From the NCBI GenBank assembly GCA_964616075.1, contig CAZTRA010000003.1, positions 26,075 through 90,074 of the forward strand: 64,000 bases of DNA. The letters are read 5' to 3'. A program made the translations under genes and the position numbers. The stretch's first letter is position 1. The number at the start of each line of letters is the position of its first letter. Source of the stretch: an uncultured Candidatus Saccharibacteria bacterium (GTDB taxonomy: Bacteria; Patescibacteriota; Minisyncoccia; Phycocordibacterales; DSPV01). Positions 8,870 through 19,558 of this stretch are shown in pieces. A model generated the notes under the pieces. The model was not told the DNA's origin. It saw nothing but the letters and a program-made list of their open reading frames with translations, and did not search any database.

Positions 8870-9571
8870 TTACATACCCTTAAATTCAGCAAAAATAACT
8901 TTTTCATCTTCAGCAGATAACGCCTTGCGATACCGCGCACCTTTCACACCTTTCACTCGTTGCTCACACGCTGCCCACGTATCATGAGTCGTAATGATCC
9001 CACCAACCATAGAAACATATGAATATGCCTTCCCCGAACGACCAACTCGTTGCGACGAAGTATAGAGACCCGTGGGTGTGTTAATTGGTATACGATACCC
9101 TGCGCGTGACCCTCGATAAAGAACAATGGGCTGATTATCAGCAAAAGTTGTAGCGATGCGATCACACCGCTCGTTAGCATCATGGCCCGCATGGCCCGCA
9201 ACGCGTCGCCACGATACAGACAATGACGCAGCCACATCATCCAATGATTCCCACAAATCTCGATTTAAAACTTCACCATTTTCTTTCGTCTTCCATCCAC
9301 GCTGCTTCCAGCCTGCCACCCAACGTTCCATACCATTCACCACATACGAAGAGTCAGAAAAAACAATTACCGGAGTACGTCGCTCTTGTGCGCGCACTTC
9401 ATGGAGTGCGACTGATGCAGCCAACAATTCCATTCTATTATTTGTTGTACGCTCTTCACGACCGCCTAGCTCAATGACGTCCATATCCGTCGCAATGATG
9501 GCTCCCCAACCACCAGGACCTGGGTTACCACGCGAGGAACCATCAGTAAAAACAAGAATTTGATTTGCCAT
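8870..9571 (-). CDS. rnhA: Ribonuclease HI with C-terminal hybrid-binding (Cauli_VI-like) domain
   Basis: TDGSSRGNPGPGG, TNNRMEL, SDS.Y, GHAG...NERCD; C-terminal TWAACEQRVKGVKGARYRK. Confidence 0.95.
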   Translation of the reverse strand: MANQILVFTDGSSRGNPGPGGWGAIIATDMDVIELGGREERTTNNRMELLAASVALHEVRAQERRTPVIVFSDSSYVVNGMERWVAGWKQRGWKTKENGEVLNRDLWESLDDVAASLSVSWRRVAGHAGHDANERCDRIATTFADNQPIVLYRGSRAGYRIPINTPTGLYTSSQRVGRSGKAYSYVSMVGGIITTHDTWAACEQRVKGVKGARYRKALSAEDEKVIFAEFKGM

Positions 9572-9622
9572 AAAGGCAAAGTATACAAGATAGAACTCAT
9601 TTTCCGTAATTTATAATTAACA

Positions 9623-9648
9623 AACCTCGCATGTCTCCATGCGAGGTT
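9623..9648 (-). terminator. Terminator after hypothetical gene
   Basis: AACCTCGCATG-TCTC-CATGCGAGGTT followed on minus strand by TGTT. Confidence 0.65.
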
Positions 9649-9656
9649 GTGCAACA

Positions 9657-10310
9657 TTACTCTCTTGCTTCAGCTTCCACACCTGCAAAGAGCCATCCAC
9701 CTTGCCAGAGGTGAGATTGATGTCGATCACATTCTGCGTCGATGAGCTTGCGGCCATTCGAACCCTTCTTACACCAAAACGAACACACCGACCTGTTATT
9801 ATCATGCCATTGAGTACCAATGGAATACTGCCTTAAAAAATTGGGATCGTCCCGCAGGACCGCCAGGATCAATTGTGGTGATGCTGGTCGTAACTCACGC
9901 TCTTGATATTCATCAAAGAGCTTTTGACACGCCCAATCCTCGTTTGACTTCGGAAAAAAAGTCACCTTGAACTCTCTCGCCGGCCCACTCAAAGGTGGAA
10001 TGCGGACCAGGCTTGCTAAACGTTCATGCTCGTCCCCCATTGCTGATGGAGCGAGCTCAACCTGCGCATCTCTAACAAAGTTTCCCCACGGGGCACGAGT
10101 CTCACAGAAAACGGTTCTCTCAACCAGACCTGAATTGAGTTGAACCAAACGCGTCAAAAGTTTCACCTGTGCTGTTTGTAAGCTTTTTAGCCCTAGAACC
10201 CTTTGGACAACATCTCTGCCTTTTCCTTCGAGCTGTTTCCTCAACAGATCTCTAAATGTAGAAACTGCTTTTTCGAACTGTGCCTCAGAAACTAGCGGGG
10301 TCATGCTCAT
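9657..10310 (-). CDS. Hypothetical protein, CPR-type family (ORF track start 10352)
   Basis: Long ORF with AAAGG upstream of ATG 10310; C-terminal LRPA...W..GWLFAGV pattern. Confidence 0.8.
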   Translation of the reverse strand: MSMTPLVSEAQFEKAVSTFRDLLRKQLEGKGRDVVQRVLGLKSLQTAQVKLLTRLVQLNSGLVERTVFCETRAPWGNFVRDAQVELAPSAMGDEHERLASLVRIPPLSGPAREFKVTFFPKSNEDWACQKLFDEYQERELRPASPQLILAVLRDDPNFLRQYSIGTQWHDNNRSVCSFWCKKGSNGRKLIDAECDRHQSHLWQGGWLFAGVEAEARE

Positions 10311-10447
10311 GGCGTCGCCTTTTCTTTGAATCGATGCATGTAGAGTCCTCACAACGTGTGAAGATTATCTAGTACGCACCTTATCCGAATTCAAGGTATC
10401 TTACTACATACCATCTAGTCAAGCATTTTAGGCCATACCAGAAGCCC

Positions 10448-12166
10448 TTAGATGATATCGACAATGCGTAACCGTAGCTCCACACGACCGCCAAAAAATG
10501 ACTGCTCAAATGAAGCCACAAGATCAATGGAAGTGCTGATCGTAAGTGGTACACCATAAGAATCTGGATGAGCAAAAAAACCAATAGCCTTCACCAACGC
10601 ATTGTTGCGTGTCTGAAAAGATAACTCGAGATGATTCTTTTGCTTACCAAACACGCGCATGCCAACAATCGGTACAGACGTAAACAAAAAAACCGGTTTT
10701 TTATTCCCCACTCCAAACGGAGCGAGTGATGCAATCATCTGGTATGTACGCACGGTGACATCTTCAAGCGACAATACCGCATCCACATACGGAAGCGCTG
10801 CTGATTCAGGTGAAGAAACGAGCACATCACACGCTCGCTCAAAGACCTCATCAAGCAAATGTACTTTACCAGGAGCAACACGAAACCCACCCGCCTCATG
10901 ATGGCCCCCAAAATCATCAAGCACTCCTACTTTTGCCGCCTCACGCATCAACAACACGACGTTCATACCACTTGGCGCACGACATGAACCTTTAATCACA
11001 CCATCACCATCTCTTCCCCATAAAAAAACGGGCATACGGTATTCTTCCACGAGCGTATTAGCAACCAGACCAAGCAATGAAGGGCGCCAATCCGGATTAC
11101 CAATCACCAGTACACGACGATCAGTAACACGTTCGCGCGCAATCTTTTTTAACTCTTTAACGAGGGAGGCAACAATTCCCTTTCGTTCATCATTGATCTC
11201 GTCAAGTTTTATGGCAAGCACTCCTCCTTCAACCGGATCAGTAGTGGAAAGAAGTGTGAATGCGTCCTGCACTTTCCCTAAACGTGAAGCAGCATTAATT
11301 CGCGGTGTAATCATAAATCCGACATCATCTTCAGAAAGATACACACGATTTATTTTCAATAACGAAAACAACGCCCCTAATCCTGGACGACGTGTCTTAC
11401 GTAACACCATCAACCCATAGTGTGCAAGCACTCGATTCTCCCCAGAAAGTGGCACCATATCTGAAAGCGTCGCAATACCAACCATATCCAACAACCACTT
11501 TTCCCACCCCACGGGAACATTAAACCGATCACCATACCGTTTCAAAAATGCCTCAACAAGCTTAAAAATAACACCTGAACCACACAACTCTTTAAATGGA
11601 TATTCACAATCAGCGCGTTTTGGATCAAGTACTGCAACCGCGCGAGGAAGTTTTTCCGGCGGTGTATGATGATCCGTTACAATTACATCAATACCGTGAC
11701 TAATTGCCTTCTCAAGCTCATCTGCATCGGTAATACCACAATCAATCGTAATCAAAAGTGTGGTACCACTCGTCACAAAAGCATCAATAGCATCATGATT
11801 CAAACCAAACCCTTCCCCATGACGATCTGGTATGTAATTTTCAAAATTAGTATGCCCAACTTTTTTTAAAAAATCATGAAACAAAACTCCACCAGGAACC
11901 CCATCAGCATCATAATCGGAATACACAACAATTCGTTCATCAGTTTTAATTGCACGAAACAGTCGTTCAACCGCTTTCTCCATATCCTTCATGAGAAACG
12001 GGTCATGGCGGTGCGTATCATAATCAGGAGACAAGAACACCTCTGCAGATGATGCGTCTTGTACTCCCCGATGAAACAACAACTGTGAAAGCAATTCAGG
12101 GTGTGCGGCAAGTGCCGTACGAGCCGAATCGGGAATAGGTGGACGAATATCGTATGTTCGTTTCAT
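10448..12166 (-). CDS. recJ: Single-stranded DNA exonuclease RecJ
   Basis: DYDADG, TIDCGI, TDHH, PRINAASR, FGGH, LAPFGVGN. Confidence 0.97.
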   Translation of the reverse strand: MKRTYDIRPPIPDSARTALAAHPELLSQLLFHRGVQDASSAEVFLSPDYDTHRHDPFLMKDMEKAVERLFRAIKTDERIVVYSDYDADGVPGGVLFHDFLKKVGHTNFENYIPDRHGEGFGLNHDAIDAFVTSGTTLLITIDCGITDADELEKAISHGIDVIVTDHHTPPEKLPRAVAVLDPKRADCEYPFKELCGSGVIFKLVEAFLKRYGDRFNVPVGWEKWLLDMVGIATLSDMVPLSGENRVLAHYGLMVLRKTRRPGLGALFSLLKINRVYLSEDDVGFMITPRINAASRLGKVQDAFTLLSTTDPVEGGVLAIKLDEINDERKGIVASLVKELKKIARERVTDRRVLVIGNPDWRPSLLGLVANTLVEEYRMPVFLWGRDGDGVIKGSCRAPSGMNVVLLMREAAKVGVLDDFGGHHEAGGFRVAPGKVHLLDEVFERACDVLVSSPESAALPYVDAVLSLEDVTVRTYQMIASLAPFGVGNKKPVFLFTSVPIVGMRVFGKQKNHLELSFQTRNNALVKAIGFFAHPDSYGVPLTISTSIDLVASFEQSFFGGRVELRLRIVDII

Positions 12167-12193
12167 ATCTTCAGTATAACGAACAACAACAAC

Positions 12194-13264
12194 TTACTCG
12201 CTGTTAAACCCCGGCCGAAAGAATTCGTCCATACGGGCAATTCGCAGATACGCATCGAGAACCCCTGTTTTATTGACGAGCACGGTTAATACAGGCACCT
12301 CCATCGTCTCTCGAGAAAATGACTGATCAAATATAAAGTTACCGAGCGAATATGCGATCACACCTCCGTTATAAAAGACCACAGGTTGTGCAACATGCGG
12401 ATGGTGACCAACTACAATATGAGCCCCCATATCAATCGCGAGTTTCGCCATATGCTCTTGATACATGTTATGTGTTGGCTCATATTCATCACCAAAATGA
12501 AACGAGACAACCACAATATCAGCCCCTTCTTTCGCGACACGAACGCTATTAATAATAGCTTGTTCGCTTATGACGGCTATCCCTGGCGTTGAAGTTCCTG
12601 CGGCCATATATTCTTTGCCAAATTGCGAAAACGCCACATAGCCAACACGAACACCTTTGACATCAATAAATACAGGTGCGTACGCCTCGTTTCGGGTTAC
12701 ACCACCACCAACGGACACCATGGCCGCATCTCGAATATACCGCCATGTATCCTGCATCGCGAGAAATCCCCAATCACCAGAATGATTATTTGCAACCGAA
12801 AAAACATCAAATCCTGCCTTTTTAAGTGCATCAACAACGTGCGGATCCATACGAAATGAATACATAGAACCAACTCGTGTGCCACGATCTGAAATAACAC
12901 CTTCAATGTTGCCAAACAACACATCAAATAATCGCAACGATGGAGCGATTCTTGTAAATAAAAAATCATATGACACATTCCTTTTTTCCACCGTTTGACG
13001 AATTCCTCGATCAAGCATAATATCGCCCACAAAACCAAGTGCGACTATTGATTCATCAGGAGTCGACATAGACGGTACTCCATACTGATAACGTACTCCT
13101 ACAGAAAACGCGCGCTCGAATAGTAACGAATTAGGAATCACCAACACAGAAAGTACGGCCACCAAACATAGAAGACCTTGCGCATCAAATGCACGTACTT
13201 TTTTTTCGGTACACAATATAATCCCTTTCTTTCCCTTCCCCTTTTGATAACCTTGCGATCGCAT
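12194..13264 (-). CDS. CapA/PgsA-family metallophosphoesterase (start uncertain)
   Basis: GDIMLDR, GNIEG, ANNH, HFGDEY, GHHPHV, YSLGNFIFDQ. Confidence 0.92.
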   Translation of the reverse strand: MRSQGYQKGKGKKGIILCTEKKVRAFDAQGLLCLVAVLSVLVIPNSLLFERAFSVGVRYQYGVPSMSTPDESIVALGFVGDIMLDRGIRQTVEKRNVSYDFLFTRIAPSLRLFDVLFGNIEGVISDRGTRVGSMYSFRMDPHVVDALKKAGFDVFSVANNHSGDWGFLAMQDTWRYIRDAAMVSVGGGVTRNEAYAPVFIDVKGVRVGYVAFSQFGKEYMAAGTSTPGIAVISEQAIINSVRVAKEGADIVVVSFHFGDEYEPTHNMYQEHMAKLAIDMGAHIVVGHHPHVAQPVVFYNGGVIAYSLGNFIFDQSFSRETMEVPVLTVLVNKTGVLDAYLRIARMDEFFRPGFNSE

Positions 13265-13286
13265 CAGTGATCTCTATAATAAAGCT

Positions 13287-13685
13287 ATGATATTTCAAAA
13301 GAAACTTGCCTCTCCGCCAAAAGCCATACCTGATTGTGTGTTTTGTAATATTGTCGCCGGCACCATACCGAGCACTATCGTATACGAAGATGAAGACTTC
13401 TTGGCATTTCTAGATACACGACCCCTATCACCAGGACATACGCTCATTATTCCAAAACGACACTACCGGTGGGTATGGGATACCCCTCATGCAGGCACCT
13501 ATTTTGAAATTGCTCAAAAAATCGCCCACGCACAACAAAAAGCATTTCAAACTCCATGGATACTCTCAAAAATCGTCGGAGATGAAGTACATCATGCACA
13601 CATATGGGTGTACCCTAGTGATGATGCTTTGGGTAATAAAAAAGATTTTGCCGAAAATGCCAAAAAAATAAAAGCTGCCCTTTAG
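13287..13685 (+). CDS. HIT family nucleotide-binding protein
   Basis: DCVFC.IV, FLD.RP..PGH.LIIPK.H, variant triad HAHIW. Confidence 0.9.
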   Translation: MIFQKKLASPPKAIPDCVFCNIVAGTIPSTIVYEDEDFLAFLDTRPLSPGHTLIIPKRHYRWVWDTPHAGTYFEIAQKIAHAQQKAFQTPWILSKIVGDEVHHAHIWVYPSDDALGNKKDFAENAKKIKAAL

Positions 13686-14797
13686 GTAGCTTTTTTCATG
13701 AGGAGTACTAATCCGGGAAGCGTACCGTGAGCTAAATAATCAAGCATGGCACCGCCTCCTGTTGAAACAAACGAGCATTGTTCAAGTACATGGTATGACT
13801 TAACCGCAGCAATCGTATCTCCTCCGCCAATAATCGAATATGCATTACTTGCAGCAATAGCACGCCCCACCCTCTTCGTGCTTTCAATAAATCCTTTCTC
13901 AAAAACACCCAAAGGGCCATTCCACACAACAAATGCTGCTGTACCTATCGCCCGCTCTATATGAGCAACTGTTTGCGGACCAGCATCCATAATGACATCA
14001 TGATCCTCCAAAAATCCAATCGCTTTCATGGTTCCATCAGCCAGCAATACATCAACCGGAGCAATCACTCGTTTATGATCTTTAATCAATCCAATGTCAG
14101 GCATAATATCACTCACTTTTGAAGCACCTACGTTATTACCTCGCACCTTCAAAAGATCATTTGCAAGCGCACCGACAACAAAAATAGACGTAGCTGCAGA
14201 TACAAACTTACTGATAAGTGGCAATTTTGTTTGAAGTTTTGCACCACCCAACACAAGAACAAACGGCTGGGGCGCACAAAAAGCTTTTGAAAGTTCTTCA
14301 ACTTCATGGATAACGAGCGGCCCGGCAGCAGCGGGCAAAAAACGCGGAACTCCTACAATGGACGCGTGCTCTCGGTGAGAAACTGCAAACGCATCATTTA
14401 CATACAAATCAGCAGCCGCGGACAACTCCCGTGCAAAAGCTAAATCATTCCCTTTTTCTTCAGAATACTGACGAATATTTTCCATTAGAAACACATCACC
14501 CTCTTTTGCAGTCATGAGCTCTGCGGTAAGTGTGGACACATCGGAAACAAATACCAGGGGTAACGATTGTTGTAAATAATTCGCGACTGGGCGTAATGTC
14601 GCACCTTCATCATTTTCAATATGACTCACAATACCAACTTTTGCACCACGAGCAATAAGCACATCAATAGTTTTTTTTGTACTTTCAATACGAAAAGGTT
14701 CTGTGACACATCCATTCTGGATCGCAACATTAAAATCAGCACGCAGCAGTACTCGTTTTCCACGTATATCACCTAAATCTTCAATCGACCTAAGCAT
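13682..14797 (-). CDS. pgk: Phosphoglycerate kinase
   Basis: RADFNV, YVNDAF..SHR.HAS, WNGPLG.FE, GGGDT, STGGGA. Confidence 0.98.
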   Translation of the reverse strand: MLRSIEDLGDIRGKRVLLRADFNVAIQNGCVTEPFRIESTKKTIDVLIARGAKVGIVSHIENDEGATLRPVANYLQQSLPLVFVSDVSTLTAELMTAKEGDVFLMENIRQYSEEKGNDLAFARELSAAADLYVNDAFAVSHREHASIVGVPRFLPAAAGPLVIHEVEELSKAFCAPQPFVLVLGGAKLQTKLPLISKFVSAATSIFVVGALANDLLKVRGNNVGASKVSDIMPDIGLIKDHKRVIAPVDVLLADGTMKAIGFLEDHDVIMDAGPQTVAHIERAIGTAAFVVWNGPLGVFEKGFIESTKRVGRAIAASNAYSIIGGGDTIAAVKSYHVLEQCSFVSTGGGAMLDYLAHGTLPGLVLLMKKAT

Positions 14798-14799
14798 AA

Positions 14800-15558
14800 T
14801 TACAAAGATTCAATAATCGAAACAATGGCCTGCGCATCAGCGCTTGCCCGCCCAATCAACAACCCATCAACCCCAGCCTCAAAAAACGACGCGGCGTTGT
14901 CAGGTCCAACTGACCCTCCATAGAGAATAGGTATTGTAAACGCAAGTTTTGTACCATACTGCTGAGAAATAATTTTTCTCACAAAAATTGTCATTTCGTG
15001 TAATTGATGAGGTGCCATTGCTTCTCTGGAAGGTTTACCAATAGCCCACACTGGTTCATACGCAACAATAATACGAGATAAATCAGGTGCACCTACTCCG
15101 TGAAGTGCAGAGGTTATTTGCCGTTCCACAAACGCTAAATAGTGACCATGATCATCTCGTTCTTTCTCACCGATGCAAAGAATAACCTTCAACCCAGAAC
15201 GCAACACCGCTTGTACTTTTTTATTTACCACATCATCAGTTTCTCCCATGGCACGCCGTTCAGAATGACCCACAATCACATACGAAACACCGCTATAAGA
15301 AAGCTGCACTGCGCTTATCTCACCGGTATACGCACCACGGTCTTCAATAGCACAATTCTGAGCACCAATCGAGAAACGTTTACGGCCAACAGCAATCCGG
15401 ACGGCATCACGTGTGTACAAAAAAGGAACACATACAATAGATTGAATGTGTTTATTTTTCTCTGTTGCTTTACGGACAGCCAAGAGAATGGCACGAGCCT
15501 CTTCTGGTGAGTCAGGATACAGTTTCCAATTACCTGCAATGATACGTTTCTGTTTCAT
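14800..15558 (-). CDS. tpiA: Triosephosphate isomerase (ORF track start 15618)
   Basis: GNWK, GHSERR, AYEPVWAIG, LYGGSV. Confidence 0.98.
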   Translation of the reverse strand: MKQKRIIAGNWKLYPDSPEEARAILLAVRKATEKNKHIQSIVCVPFLYTRDAVRIAVGRKRFSIGAQNCAIEDRGAYTGEISAVQLSYSGVSYVIVGHSERRAMGETDDVVNKKVQAVLRSGLKVILCIGEKERDDHGHYLAFVERQITSALHGVGAPDLSRIIVAYEPVWAIGKPSREAMAPHQLHEMTIFVRKIISQQYGTKLAFTIPILYGGSVGPDNAASFFEAGVDGLLIGRASADAQAIVSIIESL

Positions 15559-15650
15559 AAAAGGAAGTATACCATTCATGCGTACCGCAAAAAAATACCA
15601 CCTCCTCGACACGCACAAAATAAGAAAATACTAGAACAGAAAAGACTTCT

Positions 15651-17120
15651 CTATATAACCTCCTCCCAAGAAATAATCTGGTACTGATCGCTAGTAAGCG
15701 GAAACGACGGTGGCGGACCATATAAAAGATTTCCATCATAAATAATGTCACGATTCGTATAACCAGTACCATCAGTATATGCAAAACCATACCGTTGATT
15801 TGAAGCAATCATGCCATACAACGTAAGAGTCGATTTCACATGATCAGGAGCGCATGAACTAGAATAATAATACCTTCCAACACGGCCATTTTGAGAAATA
15901 AGCGCTGCATCAATACGCAACATATTAGCGCTCGCCAATCCCGCATTGATGTTGTCTTGAGAAATCAACCCAATAACATCTGAGCCGTCATAATTGGTGT
16001 AAATCAAATTTTCATTCACAGTTATCGAAGGACGCGTAGCAGGGTTATCAGGAAATCGAGCCGACGCAATAGATAATCGTGCGCTGTTAATCTGCCCTCG
16101 AATCCACAAGTTATCTTCAAGAAAAATTATACCATTTGCGGGGAATGTATAGTTTCCAAGAAAAACTCGCCCATTGTTCGTTCTAATAGTCCACGTACCC
16201 CATCCACTTTGATTTGAGGAATTAGTGCAGCCACTTGGTGCAGACATGAGCGCAGATACTCGATACAAATCATATGTATCATTAGTTTTTAATACAATTT
16301 CGTATCCCAATCCTCCCGAAGCAGCATGGTAACGACCTAAAGCTTGTGCATCAGCCTTCATTTGCGCTAAATCAGTAATAATCCCACCAAAGTTAAGCGC
16401 CGGCGCACCAATAACCCGACCTGCTTCAAATACATCTAATCGGTTTGGGGTGGTTGTAGGAGGTAGCTGTTCACTCAAAAGTCCAGCCGACGAGACACCT
16501 GTGGCAGGTGGGACGCGCACGTGAGTATGGACACCATACTCTTGACTACCACTGTGATCAGGATCATCGTATTGTAACAACGCGCTCGTGACTACATTGT
16601 GCGCAAATCCATCAAAACGAATACCTCCATTGCTATGTATAGGACCAAACACCTCGGTACCTTCACCAAATCGAATATTTACATTCGATGCTACGGCGTA
16701 TTTAGCCAACGATGGAATAGCCAAACGAACTTTTATCTTTCTCACAATAGACGGATTTGCATCAATCTGACCATCAGATTGGATCGTAACAATAGTTGAA
16801 CCAATTGAAGGTGGTGTAATTGTTAATGAAAATATGCCAATACGATGACCCTCCTTATTATAAAAAATATGATGGTAAGGACCTGGACCAGATGTGCCAT
16901 CTTGAAAATCAGTGGGTGCATGAGCCAAGTGCCACCGATAATATTCTACCCCTGCTTCTGCGATCTGAAATGCAAGCTCTCGCTCATACACCGAACGTGA
17001 CAATTTAAGGACCGAATTAGCACCGCCAACAACAGCTGTGATAAGTAAGATTGCAATGCCGGCAAACACCAATGTACTGACCAAAAAAAACCCTTTATTT
17101 TTTTGTTTTGAAAAGATCAT
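15651..17120 (-). CDS. PilX/GspK-like large minor pilin
   Basis: KG|FFLVSTL prepilin-like start lacking Glu5, A.QIAEAGVEY helix, C-terminal SWEEV; last gene of pilin cluster. Confidence 0.8.
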   Translation of the reverse strand: MIFSKQKNKGFFLVSTLVFAGIAILLITAVVGGANSVLKLSRSVYERELAFQIAEAGVEYYRWHLAHAPTDFQDGTSGPGPYHHIFYNKEGHRIGIFSLTITPPSIGSTIVTIQSDGQIDANPSIVRKIKVRLAIPSLAKYAVASNVNIRFGEGTEVFGPIHSNGGIRFDGFAHNVVTSALLQYDDPDHSGSQEYGVHTHVRVPPATGVSSAGLLSEQLPPTTTPNRLDVFEAGRVIGAPALNFGGIITDLAQMKADAQALGRYHAASGGLGYEIVLKTNDTYDLYRVSALMSAPSGCTNSSNQSGWGTWTIRTNNGRVFLGNYTFPANGIIFLEDNLWIRGQINSARLSIASARFPDNPATRPSITVNENLIYTNYDGSDVIGLISQDNINAGLASANMLRIDAALISQNGRVGRYYYSSSCAPDHVKSTLTLYGMIASNQRYGFAYTDGTGYTNRDIIYDGNLLYGPPPSFPLTSDQYQIISWEEVI

Positions 17121-17123
17121 GCA

Positions 17124-17753
17124 CTATTGATTATCTTTTAAATTCCTAAATGTCATACCGCTTATAACTGAAAGTGGCCCAGGAATTTGCGACGGATCGT
17201 TATCAACCACAATGTGTACCCTCACGTGACGCACATTCTGTGTCAAAATCGGATACGCTAAAGGACTCGTCGTGCCCGTATAGTTTCTATCATAATACGT
17301 AAAAATCGGGGTGCTAGCATCATTACGTATATGATGAACAAACGTGGTAGTTTTCTCATTTGCTAATGTATACGTCAACGGTGAACCGCTCGGTTCGACA
17401 ACCCCCATCATAAGAGTACTCGTAGCGAGATAGTATCGAACACGTTCTACAATACCATCACGATCAATGTCACTAAAAAAAGTGAAAGTACTTGTTGCCG
17501 CCGTCTCTACTGGATATGCTCCTTGTTCAGAAGGAGCAAGTGATCGAATAATACGTACCATTTCTTTTACAGCTCGATTAGCCTCAAACGAAGCATCCAC
17601 ACTGCTCCCGAACATTCGATTCATACGAAATATTCCGGCCTGAAATGATGCGGACAATCCAACAATACCTGCCAAAATACCTATCACAATAATAATTTCA
17701 ATAGCTGTAAACCCTAACCGCCTCTTGTACTTCTTTTCAAAAGAAAACATCAT
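17124..17753 (-). CDS. Type IV minor pilin (PilW/GspJ-like)
   Basis: G|FTAIE class III signal plus hydrophobic helix. Confidence 0.85.
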   Translation of the reverse strand: MMFSFEKKYKRRLGFTAIEIIIVIGILAGIVGLSASFQAGIFRMNRMFGSSVDASFEANRAVKEMVRIIRSLAPSEQGAYPVETAATSTFTFFSDIDRDGIVERVRYYLATSTLMMGVVEPSGSPLTYTLANEKTTTFVHHIRNDASTPIFTYYDRNYTGTTSPLAYPILTQNVRHVRVHIVVDNDPSQIPGPLSVISGMTFRNLKDNQ

Positions 17754-17760
17754 AGTAAAA

Positions 17761-19557
17761 CTAGGGCGTTAGCACCACTTCAACTGGTTGCCAGTCACTG
17801 GAAATCGTTGTGGTTGCAACCTGTGTTGTATATCCTTCTTTAGATACTGACAATTCATAATCGCCACTTGCTAACCCATCAAATGTCACTTGCCCTGGAG
17901 CAACACAGTCTGAAGTAAACGTAAACGCAACATCTGATACATTTGGAGTAAAAGAAGTTGATGCCGTTGATAACAATAACTTATACCGAATATAACGATC
18001 CCCGCTATGAGACGCGTGAATAGTTGTTGTCCCAATCTCATAATACGTCGCGCTCGTTCCATCGGGACCAATAAAATTCCACGTACCACCATCATTGTTT
18101 GAAGCTAACTGAAACCGTACACTCTGTAGCCCAGTCTCTGGCAATTGAGACGTTGGCCACCATGATAAATCGTGAAAATTGCTTACTGATCCAGTATCAA
18201 ATGCAGAAGAAATTAATTCTCCCGCGGAATCATACACACCAAACGTATCCCGTAATCGTACTTCCCCTACCGAACTATGTACCGACACGGATCCATCGGA
18301 GCTAAAATAACGAGTTGTATCAGTGGTTGTTGCTTGCCCCGCTCCACCTGACCAATCAGTTTGTGCCAAAAAACCTCGACCAGTAATCAATGTTTCATCA
18401 ACAGCTCCTCCCACTAACCGAACACTGGTACCTGAAATCGGAAGACTTGTTGCCCCATCTTTCACAGTCACCATAAGCGATCTAGGGTTCTTTGCTGATA
18501 CAATAAAATCAACATTTTTTGTTTCCCCGGGTAATAACACCACCGGAGAAAGTGCATTGGTACCAATCAATTGGTACGCTGCGTCAATAACATTAAGAGT
18601 ATAGGTATCCCACACGACATCATTCAACTGTTTGTGGCCAGTTTCATCGGTCTCCAAAGTAGCTTCATATAATTTCACATCAGGCGATGTCCCAATAAGC
18701 TTACTTCCCGAGAATGAAAAATCAAAGTCTGGTATTGGAGTACATGATTGAGTCATCGAACGGAGATGAAAAACACTTGCCCGATCAATAGACATAGTAA
18801 TCGCAGTTACTGTTTCTGCGGCAACCGTTGCATGTGGCTTAATAGGATTTGGATTACCAACAGCACCACGCGACCGTGTCATATCTGTTGTATACCCATC
18901 TTTAGTAACCGTAATCTGATACGTCTCAACCCCAGGTGGTATGTCAACGAGCTGCAACATACCATTCACATTCGTACTATCATCAATCACAATAGGAAAT
19001 GTTGTTGAACCGTTCTCAACATGGACCGACGCCCCTGATACCGGCAAACCACTTCCATCAACAACATTGATAAACAATGCTCCATTTGTTGTAGATGAGA
19101 TTTCTAGATTCTTGGGGGCAACAAAAGTTGCTACAGAAAATGATGATACATTTTCACACGAAGGACATGCAACTGTCACATCAACGAACTTATAGTCAGC
19201 GGGCGCGGTATCATTCGGTGTACCCCCAAGTAACCCATCGAATGGATCGTCAATATTGCGGATTACCGTCGTGACATCAAATGAAATATTATTTCTAACA
19301 AAAGTCTCTGACGGATCAATCAGACCTCGCGGAATACCCGTCAATGTTCCCACGTTTGCATACGACAAATTACGAATGACTTCAATACGTTCATTAGCAA
19401 GCGCCATTGCAACAGAACGAACACGCGACACTGCAATTAAATCAAATAACTTAACGTACGTCGCATACACCGCCAAAAAAATAATGGTAAAAATCGTCAC
19501 CGAGACAACTGTCTCAATAAGAGTGAACCCTGCGGATGTATTCTTTTTTAGAACCAT
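17761..19557 (-). CDS. Large type IV minor pilin (PilV-like N-terminus) with carboxypeptidase-regulatory-like beta-sandwich repeats
   Basis: G|FTLIE signal; repeated V.DG...P..GA.V and Y.ITV.K.GY units. Confidence 0.85.
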   Translation of the reverse strand: MVLKKNTSAGFTLIETVVSVTIFTIIFLAVYATYVKLFDLIAVSRVRSVAMALANERIEVIRNLSYANVGTLTGIPRGLIDPSETFVRNNISFDVTTVIRNIDDPFDGLLGGTPNDTAPADYKFVDVTVACPSCENVSSFSVATFVAPKNLEISSTTNGALFINVVDGSGLPVSGASVHVENGSTTFPIVIDDSTNVNGMLQLVDIPPGVETYQITVTKDGYTTDMTRSRGAVGNPNPIKPHATVAAETVTAITMSIDRASVFHLRSMTQSCTPIPDFDFSFSGSKLIGTSPDVKLYEATLETDETGHKQLNDVVWDTYTLNVIDAAYQLIGTNALSPVVLLPGETKNVDFIVSAKNPRSLMVTVKDGATSLPISGTSVRLVGGAVDETLITGRGFLAQTDWSGGAGQATTTDTTRYFSSDGSVSVHSSVGEVRLRDTFGVYDSAGELISSAFDTGSVSNFHDLSWWPTSQLPETGLQSVRFQLASNNDGGTWNFIGPDGTSATYYEIGTTTIHASHSGDRYIRYKLLLSTASTSFTPNVSDVAFTFTSDCVAPGQVTFDGLASGDYELSVSKEGYTTQVATTTISSDWQPVEVVLTP

Positions 19558-19558
19558 A

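Noticed and set aside
10353-10380. GGTGCGTACTA resembling the XerC arm of a cer/dif site
   Set aside because: No matching XerD arm (TTATG.TAAAT) at 6-8 bp spacing; more likely promoter sequence
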